DNA of 64,000 bases from Scyliorhinus canicula. Taxonomy: Eukaryota. Made by a program: the position numbers and the translations under genes. Below, piece by piece: positions 12,106 through 23,240 of this stretch. Each line of letters opens with the position of its first letter. Within the stretch, counting starts at the first letter, position 1. The notes beneath the pieces are model-generated. The model was not told the DNA's origin. It saw only the letters and a list, made by a program, of their open reading frames with translations, and did no database searches. The DNA lies in the NCBI RefSeq assembly GCF_902713615.1, contig NC_052154.1, forward strand, positions 80,455,072 through 80,519,071, in the 5' to 3' direction.

Positions 12106-13399
12106 ATTCCCTTTGATCTATCCCTACCATATCTACAATACTGTTTCACAAATGCCATTCCGTGGGAGGATCACCCTCGACCGTCTTCAGTGCACAGACT
12201 GCCTACCTTCACATTGTAACATCACCCGTCTCCACCCCATCCAAACTCCTTGCAGCTCAAACAGTTATCATGTCTTTTTTTAATTTGCATCATTGATCAA
12301 TGGAAGTTAACACATATGAAAATACAGAGAAATGTAAATGAGATTGCCAACCAAAATGAGATTGCCACCCCACTGCATCTGGTAAAGACTTATCTAATGA
12401 TACCAAGGTGCTCTTTGCTACCTCCCCCACTCCCCACCCCGCCCCACCAATCTTGAACTTGCAAACTATTTAGGCTCATTCAAAACTCTGCTGTCCATCG
12501 CTTATCCCACACCAAACACTCATCTCCCTTCATTCCTAACCTGAATGACCTACATTAAATCTCACCTCCCCAGTGCCTGGAATTTAAATTTGTGCAGTAC
12601 CTTGTCCTTCCCTCTCCATCTAACCTGCCCAGCTAACAACGCTGGAATGTAATACATTATGCATCCCTTAGTGCACTGTTGCCTAGTTACCATGCTCAAA
12701 ATTTCTCTCTCCAAACTTCTCTGCTTCCGCATCCCTTCTCCTCAATTAGGATTGTCCTTGACAGCCACCTTTGTAATCAAACATTTAGATCATCGTGCCT
12801 AACAGCATTCTGGGTGTACCTTCATCACATTGCTGCAGAGGTTCAAAAATGTGGCCCACCACCACTTTCTCAAGGGCAACTGTCGATGGGTAATAAATAC
12901 TGCCCTAGCCAGCGATCCCCACATCCTCTGAAAGAGTAAAAGAAAATACATATTTTTTTGATTGGGTGCGTTTTTCATTTTGGTTAGATCTTTAGGAAAT
13001 ACGTTTCTCTGCTTTTAAAGAGTTATGTAAATGAAAGTTATCATTTACAACTTTGACTTTATGTTTCCAGTTCTCATGAAGGATTATGACTGAACAGTTA
13101 AACTATATTTTCACTTGGCTGATGTTGATGGAGACACAGTATGTTTCCTGCATGTTCTGTTTCACATTACATAGAATTACATACAGCGCAAGAATAGACC
13201 ATTCGGCCCAACTTGTCTGTAATGACATTTTAACTGCACCGAGCCCCATCCTACCACTTTTCATCAGTCATATCAGCAGTTTAAAAAAATATTTCACTCT
13301 CACATGCTGACCAATCATTCCCTTTCAAAGCCCCCCCCCCCCCCCCCCCCCCCCCGCCGAACTTGCCACAACCACTCCTTTTTCTAGTGTCCACCACAT

Positions 13400-13720
13400 T
13401 CCTGCAATTCATTGGTTTAAATTCTTGAATTTGTTTTTGAATTTATTTTCAGGGCTTTTTTTATGTTCTCCCCTTTAATTTGGCACTCCCACACAATTTG
13501 AAACATTTTCTCCAGCTCTACCCTGTGAAACCCTTTCATAATTTCAAAAATATCTATCAGGTCTCCTTGAGTCTCCGAGCGTTCAACCTTTCCTGATAGG
13601 TTCACCCTTTCGCTTCTGGTATTCTCCTTTTGGACATCTTTGTACCATTTTCAATGCTTCTGTGTGCCGTTTGTAACACGGAGAGTTGAATTCCCACACA
13701 TAACACCAAGTGTGATCTAA
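13400..13720 (-). mobile_element. CR1 LINE 3' fragment
   Basis: Reverse CR1-type sequence (ctctaccctgtgaaacccttt...ctatcaggtctccttgagtctc). Confidence 0.6.
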
Positions 13721-13987
13721 GCAAGGTTTCGTTAATTTTTTTCACGGAGTAAACTTGGTTTGTTCTCACTGGAACGAAGGAGGTTGAGGGGCGACCTGAT
13801 AGAGGTCTACAAAATTATGAGGGGCATAGACAGAGTCTTTTTCCCAGGGTAGAGGGGTCAATTACTAGGGGCATATGTTTAAGGTGCGAGGGGCAAGGTT
13901 TAAAGGAGATGTAAGAGGCAAGTTTTTTACACAGAGGTAGTGGGTGCCTGGAACTCGATGCCAGAGGAGGTGGTGCAAGCAGGGTTA

Positions 13988-14933
13988 TGTTGCACGTTTT
14001 ACTATGGGCGTAAAACGCGTTTATTGGAGTGTATTAACACGCCTCCGAGTTCGACGTGTGCTTAACACTACTAGGCTCTGTTGTATGTAATTATTTAGCT
14101 CTGGAGTCGCCAGTTGCCGTATAGACAACGTCACAAGTATTCCAAGGTCAAGTTCAAAGTAATAAAGACGATACACCGATTAGTAAAGTTCAAACGATCA
14201 ATATTTATTATACAGTTATAATAAATACTCATGCACACTAAGAGACTAAGCTATAACTAAACTTAAGTGAACAGAATACTTATCTAACAGGAACAGGCAA
14301 GGTCAGAGAACGAGGCCTTCGTCCTGGTCTTGTACTGCAGCCTTCAGCAAGCGTTCTGGTACTGGGGGTCTAGTGGGCTTGGATCGCGTAGCGAGCGTTG
14401 AACTTACGGTTTCGGCGGCTGGTGCTCAACGGCTGGAGTCAGGATGCAAGATGTCAGTCAGAGCCGGAGCACGAGTTTAACAGACCGGGCTCTGTGGGGA
14501 ATTTGCCTTTATACCCCTCTCTAATGTCCTTGCCCCCTTCTAGGCGGGCTCTACCTTTCGGTACCGATTGGAGCGTTTCCAAACGGCTACCTTCGAAATC
14601 CTCCAATGCGGGGGCTTCCCTCTATGTTGGGGGTGGTTTCGATATTCGTTACTCTGGTGCCATCCTGCCTGCACAACCAATTAAGTGTTACATTGAGATG
14701 GAAATGTTGCCATTGTGTGTGCCTGGATCTGGGCTGCCTCATCAGAATGTTAAGCGCTTTGCCATTAACACCTTTGGCTTGGAGATCTTGCACCTGGCCA
14801 GAAAACTGGTTTGCTGCTTGCAAAATGCTAATTAGTTGAGAGCAGGCTGTCTGTTCTCACTAAACAGGCTTTTCCTTCTGTCTTCCATTTTAGTTTGGCT
14901 CAGTGTCCATTTTGCGTGGCCAGCATGGCTACA
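13988..14933 (-). repeat. 3' LTR (946 bp)
   Basis: Plus strand starts tgttgcacg and ends gcatggctaca; minus-strand TATAAA at 14508-14513 and AATAAA at 14204-14209. Confidence 0.95.
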
Positions 14934-14943
14934 TTCCCTCCTT
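14934..14943 (-). promoter_or_regulatory. Polypurine tract
   Basis: AAGGAGGGAA on minus, directly abutting the 3' LTR. Confidence 0.8.
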
Positions 14944-15264
14944 GTGATCCTCACAATCATACTATTGTGAAGGATCACCTATGTACGTTGCCTTCCTTGT
15001 GTTCTGACCTCTTGCCAGTTCCTGTTCTACTCTATTCTTAAACTATGGGAAGAAGAGAAAAAATTTTTAACTAACATTTCTACTTGGCCCTATGTCAAAG
15101 GGACATGCATTACTACAACTGGGAACCTCTACCTATCACTATTAACCTTAACCTTAACTTAACATTTCATCACTCTAAAACCTTAATCATTCCCACCACA
15201 ACATCACACTTCCCAACTCGGCAGTCGAGTATGGAACAATATAATACATGGCTGAACTTTTTAT

Positions 15265-15621
15265 TTACAGAGTGTTGTAATCAGTGAGGGGTTGAGGGGT
15301 TTGGTGGAATCCGAAGATGGGGGATTGAACTCTATAGATGGGTGAGGTGCTGGAACGAGAGGCTCTCCTCTTCCATTTCCTCAACCTGAGGGTCTGCACT
15401 AGTATGATGAGGATCGCGATCACCAACAGTGATTCGATTATATAGGACATGGAGTACCACGTCATGAATTTAGTGCACCAGGTCTGAACCTCGCTGATCA
15501 GAGCTGAGCACTGGGGGTTTGCTGTAATTGAAACATTTACGGTGGGGGTTGTGGGGGAAACGTGTCTTGTTTCCACACATACACATATAACATTAAACAG
15601 TAATAAGTGGGCTTCCATCAT
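15265..15621 (-). CDS. 118-aa small type I membrane protein in the env position (unknown function)
   Basis: MMEAHLLLFNVICVCVET signal-like segment; ectodomain with NVS sequon and C38/C49; TM YIIESLLVIAILIILVQTL; polybasic RLRKWKRR; C-terminal TDYNTL; good Kozak context (aaaATGATGG). Confidence 0.7.
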   Translation of the reverse strand: MMEAHLLLFNVICVCVETRHVSPTTPTVNVSITANPQCSALISEVQTWCTKFMTWYSMSYIIESLLVIAILIILVQTLRLRKWKRRASRSSTSPIYRVQSPIFGFHQTPQPLTDYNTL

Positions 15622-16564
15622 TTTGCTGTTCTTCTTCTTTCTCTTCCTTCTTCCTCCGGTATTGACAATCCTGGCTTCGACCTCTGTCTCGTCCTTTGAA
15701 ACCTTTGGGATCAAGCACAGTATCTGTCAATACACAGTTTAAGACCTTTACTTGTTAGTGCATCTGTCTTTCAAAACCCAATTGACCCTTTAAAATGACT
15801 GGCTAAGTCACACCCTGTGACTCCCCTCATTTTTTATTTTCAAAAAGCGAATTTAAAGACCAGCATACACCTAACAATCCTTCCTTCTGCGAGCCGTCTC
15901 GCAGGCTGTGCTGATTTACCATCCGAATGTTCCTGGATGTAAATAGCATGTGGGATGGCGGCCGAAGGGCTACCTAACTTAAAATGAAAACAAACTTTGA
16001 AACAAACATCCGAATGAGTTGCGTATGGGCCGCGACGGGTATGAGTTGGATGGAATCCCCGGGTAGGGCGTGCTGTGCCATACCCGAGCTTGGCTGACCA
16101 AGGGTTGGTTCTCAGACAGGGCGGGTCCTCATTGCCGTTTGTCCACTGCCTGAGTAACCTGGAAAAAACGGGTACGAATGTGTTCATCATGACTTGCAGC
16201 CTCTATTTCGCCGAATAGAGGGGCACCTAAAAAAAAAAAACCAAGGGAGCCAAGATGCTCCAACTGAGGACATCACTGAAGTTCTCAGAGATATCTGCAG
16301 ATAAACTATTTGGCGTGTAGCCTTACAACTTTGGAAAGGATCTCCAATCAAACCGAAGTTCTCAAAAGTTTCGGCAGACAAGCTAACGTGTATGTGAGGT
16401 GGTCACAATCTTTTCAGCTGAAAAGAAGATGTCCATCCTCCAGCTGAACAATTTGCAATCCTGAAAACAAACAAACATAAAACGAAGACAAACATACGTG
16501 CAGGTTCCATCAGAAAGGACATCGTTTCCCTCAAACGATTCCTATTTTACATCATCTGGACACC

Positions 16565-19500
16565 TCACTTTGATTCTGCCTCTGTGAACAGGGTCACAAA
16601 GGGGTTGCCGTGTCGGGAGTCAGACACCGTGTCGTCCTGCTCTCCCGGATCCCACACCCTTGTGTGGATCAGGCATGAAACTTTGGAATTGTGTGACCGG
16701 GGGTCACTTTCATCATTGCGGACAAGTCTGTAGGAATTGTCCCTGTGCCATTGTGTAGTGTCGAGTGTGTTGTCGGGGTAGTCGGGGTCGGGTGGTGGTT
16801 CTGGATATTTGAGGTAGGTGACTTCCATGGGGTCACTGGAGTCGGGGTCGTAGTTGGGGCAGTGTGGGCTGTATGGCTGTGTGCTGTCGCTGTCTTCGGA
16901 GTCAGTGTCAGTCCTGCTGTCTCTGCTGTGGCAGCTTGTGGGCGTGTCGGGGCGTGGTCTGTCGTGGTCTGTGGGCGGAGTCGTGGGCGAGTCCGTGGAT
17001 GAACTGGTCTGTGAGGGGGATGGTGGAGAAGTGTCTCTGGTGGGCGGGGTGAAGTGTTCTGCTGCATCCAGCAGGACATGGTGAGCATGGTTGGCCTGTG
17101 TTCCATATGCCTTTAACTGGTTTATATGGAACCACGCGGTCTTCCCATTAGGATACTTTATCCTGTAAACTGAGGGGCTAATTTTGTCCGAAATTGAGTA
17201 GGGACCGGAATATTTTGGAGCCAAAAAACTGCTGGGGTTATAAACAGATAACATTACCTGTTGCCCAACCTGGAATTCTGTGGTGTGTACGGTCTTATTG
17301 AAACAGGCAGTACGTTGCTGTCGGCGTTTCCCTAGCTGGACTGCGGCTGCGATCTGTGCAGACCTCACAGTCTCAACTAGATCTTTAACTGCCTTTTCAT
17401 GTGTGAGGGCCGTCACTTCGGGGCTTGTCATGTCCAGTCCTAAAAGGAATTCTGTACCTTTCATAGGGCGTCCGGTCATGAGTGTATGTGGTGTGTATCC
17501 TGTAGATGTGGAGACAGTGTTCATTATGAACATGAGTGCAAAGGGGAGCACTGAATCCCATGTGGAATTATTCTCTTGAACCATTTTCCTGAGGGTCGTT
17601 TTTAGGGTCCGAAATTGAGTAGGGACCGGAATATTTTGGAGCCAAAAAACTGCTGGGGTTATAAACAGATAACATTACCTGTTGCCCAACCTGGAATTCT
17701 GTGGTGTGTATGGTCTTATTGAAACAGGCAGTACGTTGCTGTCGGCGTTTCCCTAGCTGGACTGCGGCTGCGATCTGTGCAGACCTCACAGTCTCAACTA
17801 GATCTTTAACTGCCTTTTCATGTGTGAGGGCCGTCACTTCGGGGCTTGTCATGTCCAGTCCTAAAAGGAATTCTGTACCTTTCATAGGGCGTCCGGTCAT
17901 GAGTGTATGTGGTGTGTATCCTGTAGATGTGGAGACAGTGTTCCTTATGAACATGAGTGCAAAGGGGAGCACTGAATCCCATGTGGAATTATTCTCTTGA
18001 ACCATTTTCCTGAGGGTCGTTTTTAGGGTCCGATTCATGCGCTCCACAATCCCGCTGGACTGTGGATGATACGCAATATGGAAGTTTTGTTTGATACCGA
18101 ATATTGTCAGGACGTTCCTCATGACCCGTCCTGTAAAGTGAGATCCCTGGTCCGAATCGATACTTCGGGGTAAACCCCATCTCGTGAAGATGTGGTGGGT
18201 CAGGATCTTTGCAGCTGTCTTAGCTGTGTTTGTACGTGATGGAAATGCCTCTACCCATTTTGTAAAGGTATCTATCACCACCAGAACATACTTATAGCCA
18301 TTCCGACAAGGGGGTAATGGACCTATAAAATCGATCTGGAGGTTTGTCCAAGGGCCGTTAACTGGGCGAGTATGCCGAAGTTGTGCTTTCTTAGAATACC
18401 GCTCCGGGTTATTCTGAGCACAAATCAGGCAATTCTCTATATAGTGTGTGACATCTGTCCTGAGATTAGGCCACCAACAGAGTTGCCTGAGGTGCCTCGT
18501 GGTTGAATCAATTCCTTGGTGTCCGTGGTTATCGTGGAATAAAGCAATCATTGCATTTCTATCCTGCTGTGGGACCACATAAAGTTGATCCTTAATGATC
18601 ACACCCTCATGTGTGGTCAGTGCGTGTTTAAAGTGCTCGTACGCAGGCACAAAGTTTCCCTTGAAAACCTCCCTGAGGTCTCCGTCCTGTTTCTGTGCTG
18701 CTACGAGATCTTTAACCTCTGTTTGTGAGACTTGTACTGCGCTCACAGGGGCGCTAGCTGGTGCGCTAGCTGGGGGGGTCCATAAGTGTCCTCTCCTGGA
18801 ACCTGCCTTAGCCAACGCGTCGGCTTTTACATTCCCAGGGGGTGATGACCTATGGTGGCTTCTTACTTTTATTATGCCGAAGGTCCTGTCCTTCGCTTTT
18901 GCTAAAATATGCTGGAGTAGAGGGGCTGATGGAAGGGGTTTTCCGTCTGCGGATACAAAACCTCGTGTCCTCCACAGGGGCAGAAAATCTGTCAAACTGT
19001 TGCATACATATAAACTGTCAGAATATATGTCTGCTGGGCTGGGGAAAGAAGCGGGGTGGTCCACTATATACGCTATGGCTGCTAGCTCTGCTGCCTGCGC
19101 GCCTAAGTGACCGGGTAACTTCAGTGCTATTTCCTCGAGAGCGCACCCCTGCGCGTCCTCGACGTAGATGCCGCATCCAGTGATACGCTCACCATTTAAA
19201 ACTGTGGATGAACCGTCCACGTATATCTTGAGGGGTCCACACGTGTCTGTGTGTGGGGTGCCTTGTGCGGGGTTTCCTAGCTTCCTGGGGGGTGTTTTTG
19301 CTATGAAGGGGCCTGTGTTATGCAGGGGAGCTACAATTTCACAGTCATGGGGCTGTCCGGGGTATTGGAGGTTGTCTGCTAAATATGTGTGTGTGCGTGT
19401 CCGTTTTACAGTAATGTCCCGTCCTTGTAAAAGTAGGGTCCACCTAGCTGCCCTAATCTGGCTAACTGAACCGTCCTTCAGTCGACCGTCTAGTAGTAGC

Positions 19501-21172
19501 TGTGTGGGTGTGTGTTCGGTTAGAATGGTGATGGGGTTTAGTCCGGTTATGTATGAAAAGTACTGTACTGCCCAGAAGACAGCAAGGAGGTGCCTCTCAC
19601 AGGCTGAAAATCCTTGTTCTACCGGGTCTAACAGTCGGGAGGCAACACGGCCGAGAGGGTTAGATCTGTGCTAGCTACCTCGATTGCGTACGGGGAAAGT
19701 TGGTCTGGGACTAGCAGCGCGGGTGCTGCACTAAGGGCTCGTTTTAACTCTTCCACAGCCTCTGTATGCTGCGGAAGCCATTCCCAGGGGGCTCCCTTCT
19801 TAAGGAGGTCTGAAAGTGGGGCGGCTTTTGTCGCGAATCCGTCGATGTGGTTCCGACAATAGCCAACCAGTCCTAAAAACGACCGGAGGGCTGAAACATT
19901 CTGGGGAAGGGGCAATTTGACAATCGAATCAATTCTTTTGAATTCGATCTCGCGTTTGCCGTGCGTGATGACTGATCCCAAATACATCACTTTACTTTCC
20001 AATATCTGGGCCTTTCTGGGGTTAACTTTACATCCAATTGAAGTCAACAATTCCAGGAGTTCGGCCAGAAGCGAAACGTGCTCTGCCTTTGTGTCTGTCT
20101 GCAGTAGTAGGTCGTCTACATACTGTACCAGACATTTGGGGCGGGAAAATTTTTCTAGTCCACTTGCCAGCTGTCGGTGGAAAATGGAGGGGGAATTGTG
20201 GAATCCCTGTGGGAGGCATGTCCACGTATACTGCTGAGTTTTGAAAGTGAATGCAAATTTGTATTGGCACGCTTTTGCCAATGGTATGGACCAGAATCCG
20301 TTACTGATATCCAATACCGTGAAGTACTTGGCGTTGAGACCCTGCTTGAGCATGGTCTCGGGACTAGTAGCTACCGTTGGGGCTACTGCGGGGGTTACTT
20401 TATTGAGTTCCCGATAATCAATGGTCAGATGCCATGATCCATCGGGCTTCCTCACTGGCCAAATAGGGGCATTGTTGGTGGAGGCTACCGTTCTCAGTAC
20501 ACCTTGGTCCAACAAGCTACCTATAACTTTTTCTATTTCCACCTCTGCCTCAAGGGGAAATCTATATTGCTTTTGCGGTCGGGGGTCCTGTCCGGTAACA
20601 TGAACTTGTCCAGTCATTCTGCCACAGTCATGACGGTGACTTGCAAATGCTGTCCTGTGTTTGTTCAGTAGGGCCTTAATTTGTCGGTCGGTGTGGAGTG
20701 TAGTCAGGTCGAATGAGTACTCTCCCACTGCGCTAATCCGATTAGCGTAGTCTCCTACTGTGAGGGTGGCTGGTGCTCTGTCTGCTCTAGCCATGCGCCA
20801 GACACACTGGTTCACTGGGTCGAACGATAAGCTGTGTGTGTTCATAAAATCAATCCCTAGGATGTGTTCTGCTGTCCTGGGAAGGTTTACTAGAACTACG
20901 GGGTGTCTTGTGCTAATGTTCCCTAGCTGAATTGCTATGGGTGCTGTAATGTGCCCCTGCTGCGAGTGTCCGGTGAACCCGCTAAGTGTAATGGTGGAGG
21001 TGGTCGGCCACGTGTCTGAGTGTGCCGTGATCGTGGAGTTAATGGTGGTGCGGGATCCTCCTGTGTCCCACAGTAACTCTATGGGCTTCCCTTTGATTTT
21101 CGCTGTGACTACGGGCCTCCCTGATGAGTCCCATAGTGTGTCACAGACCCAAGTGGGGGAGCCCGGACACCG
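16565..21172 (-). pseudogene. pol: Pro-Pol (protease, RT, degenerate RNase H tether, RNase H, integrase), disrupted
   Basis: Protease LWDTGGS...ILGIDF; RT PVRKPDGSW..IDYRELNK, LDISNGFWS, LPQGFHNSP, YVDD; tether SACERHLLAVFWAV/ILTEHTP; RNase H IYVDGSS, AQAAELAAI, IYSDSLYV, GNVKADALAK; IN HHCC, QIDFIGPLP, IDSDQGSHF, VERMNRTLK, GPY. Frameshifting deletion near 19645 and a 421-bp tandem duplication in IN. Confidence 0.92.
17186..18027. repeat. 421-bp tandem duplication within integrase
   Basis: Units 17186-17606 and 17607-18027, GTCCGA microhomology at 17186, 17607 and 18028, 2 differences between copies; 421 is not a multiple of 3, so the frame shifts. Confidence 0.95.
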
Positions 21173-22921
21173 TCAGTCCGTCTCGTCCACATTGGTGGGT
21201 CCTGACTGTACTGTAACATTATGGATCGGTTTTGACTTGTTGCGGTTCAGAGTGCCTGTCTGCTGGCCTCTCTGAGATCGCTGGGGTGCATTGCACTCTT
21301 TTGCCCAATGCCCTAACTGTCCACAGTTATAGCATTCCTGTCCTTTCTGTTGTGGGCTGCTCTTCCCTTCATTTACCCATGCGGGCTTCTGGTGCTCTCT
21401 GACTGCTTGGATATCTGCAGCAGCCTGAGCCTCTTCTGGGGATCTAACTTTGCCTTTTGCCTGAAGCGATTGCTCCCAAGCGCGGGACAACCTTTTCAGG
21501 ACCCACTTCTCGTTATGGGCCTCTTCTGAGGGGTCATAGCTGTTGCAAGCGCTCTGTCCTGCTTCTGTTGCGTGGGAGATTATTGTGCGCGTCCACTTAA
21601 CCATGTTTTCGCGGGTTAAATGCGCTCTATCTAATTGTCCAAAAACTGCGCTGAAATGAATCCACAGCCTTCCTGCGAATGCTGTGGGGTGTTCGGATCT
21701 TTTCTGCCTGCATTTGTTTAATCCTTCTACTGGGTCACCTCTATTGTACCCAATAGCATCTAAAATGGCGGTGTGCATCTCCTCTAGGCTGCCTCCTGCC
21801 ACGTTCTGTGGGTCGGGGAGGGCTGCTACTACACTTTGGTCTAAACTCAGCACGGTGAGCTTAACCTGCTCTCTCTCATCCAGGCCGTACATGGTAGCCT
21901 GCTGCTTTACTTTAGCAAAGAACTGGTGGGGGTCTGCGGTGGGGAGGAACGGAGTGATCTTTTCACAAGCGTCCCTTAGCTGGGTTACTGTTAAAGGGGT
22001 GGTGTAGGTTATGTCTGGGGCGCCTTCTGATTCGGCTTTTCTCTGCGTGGTTACGGGATTCATGGGTGCGGTTATGGTCTGAGCTGTGGGGGGTTGGGGT
22101 GCCTGTCGTTTCTGCTGAGCTGCTGGCGCACATGTTCCCTGAACATAACGCTGCGCTGTCTCACTTAATTCCTGCCAATCTGGGGCATTTTCCCCATCTA
22201 ACTGTGCTCCAAAGGTGCTTTGGAAGCCATTCTGCACCGAAAGCAGAGATTGCAGTTCCGCAATCTGTTTCCTGCATTTCGCGTGGTCAACTGTGCTTTG
22301 TCTTTGTTCGGTCGTTGCAGCATGGAGTGCTCTCAAAGCTGCTTTGAGATCAGAACATTGCCTCTGCAATGCCTCCACCTGCTTTTCCGATTCCTGTCTT
22401 ATCAGAACGGCACGTTGCACGTCCTGATAGGCTTTCTCATACTGGGTCTGGGAACTGTTCAGATGAGCTAGACAAGACTGGTGAGCCCTCTTGGCATCAT
22501 CCACCTCTCTATCCTTCTCTGCCAACTTCCCTTTTAGATCCAGGTTCTCCTTCTCGATGTCCCTGACATCGACCTTACTCATCCTATTCCTCTCTTCTAA
22601 ATCTGTCCGGAGCGTCCTGATGACCTCCTCTGCGCCTCGCAACTGTGCCAAGCAGGACACAATCGCCATCGGCTTGCGTGCTTTACCTAGGTTCTTTTTG
22701 TGTATTTGAGAGAGGTTCTCCCACCAAGTATGACCTATACTCCCGGGACCTGTCTCCTCATTTGCACAAAACTCTTTCCAAAGGGGCCATCCCTTTCCTT
22801 GTAAATATTTGCGGAGTTCCAGCTCCCACGTGGGACACTGGCCTACCCTGCTACTGTTGCTGGTCGCTGCGACCACAAACTTTGCTGGATCCATCAGACG
22901 TTCCATTGCCTGCATGGCCAT
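21173..22921 (-). CDS. gag: Gag polyprotein (582 aa from MAMQAMERLMDP)
   Basis: Open frame with a coiled-coil region, a capsid-like region and a CCHC zinc knuckle CYNCGQLGHWAKEC; ends at TGA in frame with pro. Confidence 0.9.
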   Translation of the reverse strand: MAMQAMERLMDPAKFVVAATSNSSRVGQCPTWELELRKYLQGKGWPLWKEFCANEETGPGSIGHTWWENLSQIHKKNLGKARKPMAIVSCLAQLRGAEEVIRTLRTDLEERNRMSKVDVRDIEKENLDLKGKLAEKDREVDDAKRAHQSCLAHLNSSQTQYEKAYQDVQRAVLIRQESEKQVEALQRQCSDLKAALRALHAATTEQRQSTVDHAKCRKQIAELQSLLSVQNGFQSTFGAQLDGENAPDWQELSETAQRYVQGTCAPAAQQKRQAPQPPTAQTITAPMNPVTTQRKAESEGAPDITYTTPLTVTQLRDACEKITPFLPTADPHQFFAKVKQQATMYGLDEREQVKLTVLSLDQSVVAALPDPQNVAGGSLEEMHTAILDAIGYNRGDPVEGLNKCRQKRSEHPTAFAGRLWIHFSAVFGQLDRAHLTRENMVKWTRTIISHATEAGQSACNSYDPSEEAHNEKWVLKRLSRAWEQSLQAKGKVRSPEEAQAAADIQAVREHQKPAWVNEGKSSPQQKGQECYNCGQLGHWAKECNAPQRSQRGQQTGTLNRNKSKPIHNVTVQSGPTNVDETD

Positions 22922-23217
22922 TTTCTCTGACTCTCTTTGTATAATTTGGAACAGGGGGTTGTTGGGGTTGTGTTTCAAGAAACGGGTACGGCTTACGCTA
23001 TGTTCCGTTAACAAAACTACCGAAAGTTTGTCGCAACAAAAAGCTTTCAGTTTTACCTTACAGCCCTGTTAGTGCGCATGCACTAAAACACACTTCCGAA
23101 TTACGCTTATTATTTTGAACACCTTGAATACTTGTGATCTCTTTCTTTCTCTGCAATTTGGAGTTCTAAATCAAATTTCAGGTTCCTGGACGGTGTGGGG
23201 TTTCCACTTACAACCGT

Positions 23218-23235
23218 GTCCCGGCGGAGTCGCCA
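23218..23235 (-). promoter_or_regulatory. Primer binding site, tRNA-Arg(UCU)
   Basis: Plus strand gtcccggcggagtcgcca equals the recalled 3' end of a vertebrate tRNA-Arg(UCU) plus CCA (18/18); separated from the LTR by 5 nt. Confidence 0.85.
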
Positions 23236-23240
23236 CTAAA

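Noticed and set aside
11389-12106. 212-aa and 76-aa ORFs
   Set aside because: Produced by a (CA)n microsatellite and a SINE.
15621-15714. TTG-initiated N-terminal extension of the TM ORF (149 aa, RRKRKKK)
   Set aside because: The downstream tandem ATG has strong Kozak context and begins a signal-like segment; the extension is more likely purine-rich UTR, though not excluded if splicing occurs near 15725.
17186-18027. Direct repeats as a CRISPR-like or satellite array
   Set aside because: Two-copy duplication of integrase coding sequence in a eukaryotic retroelement; no spacers.
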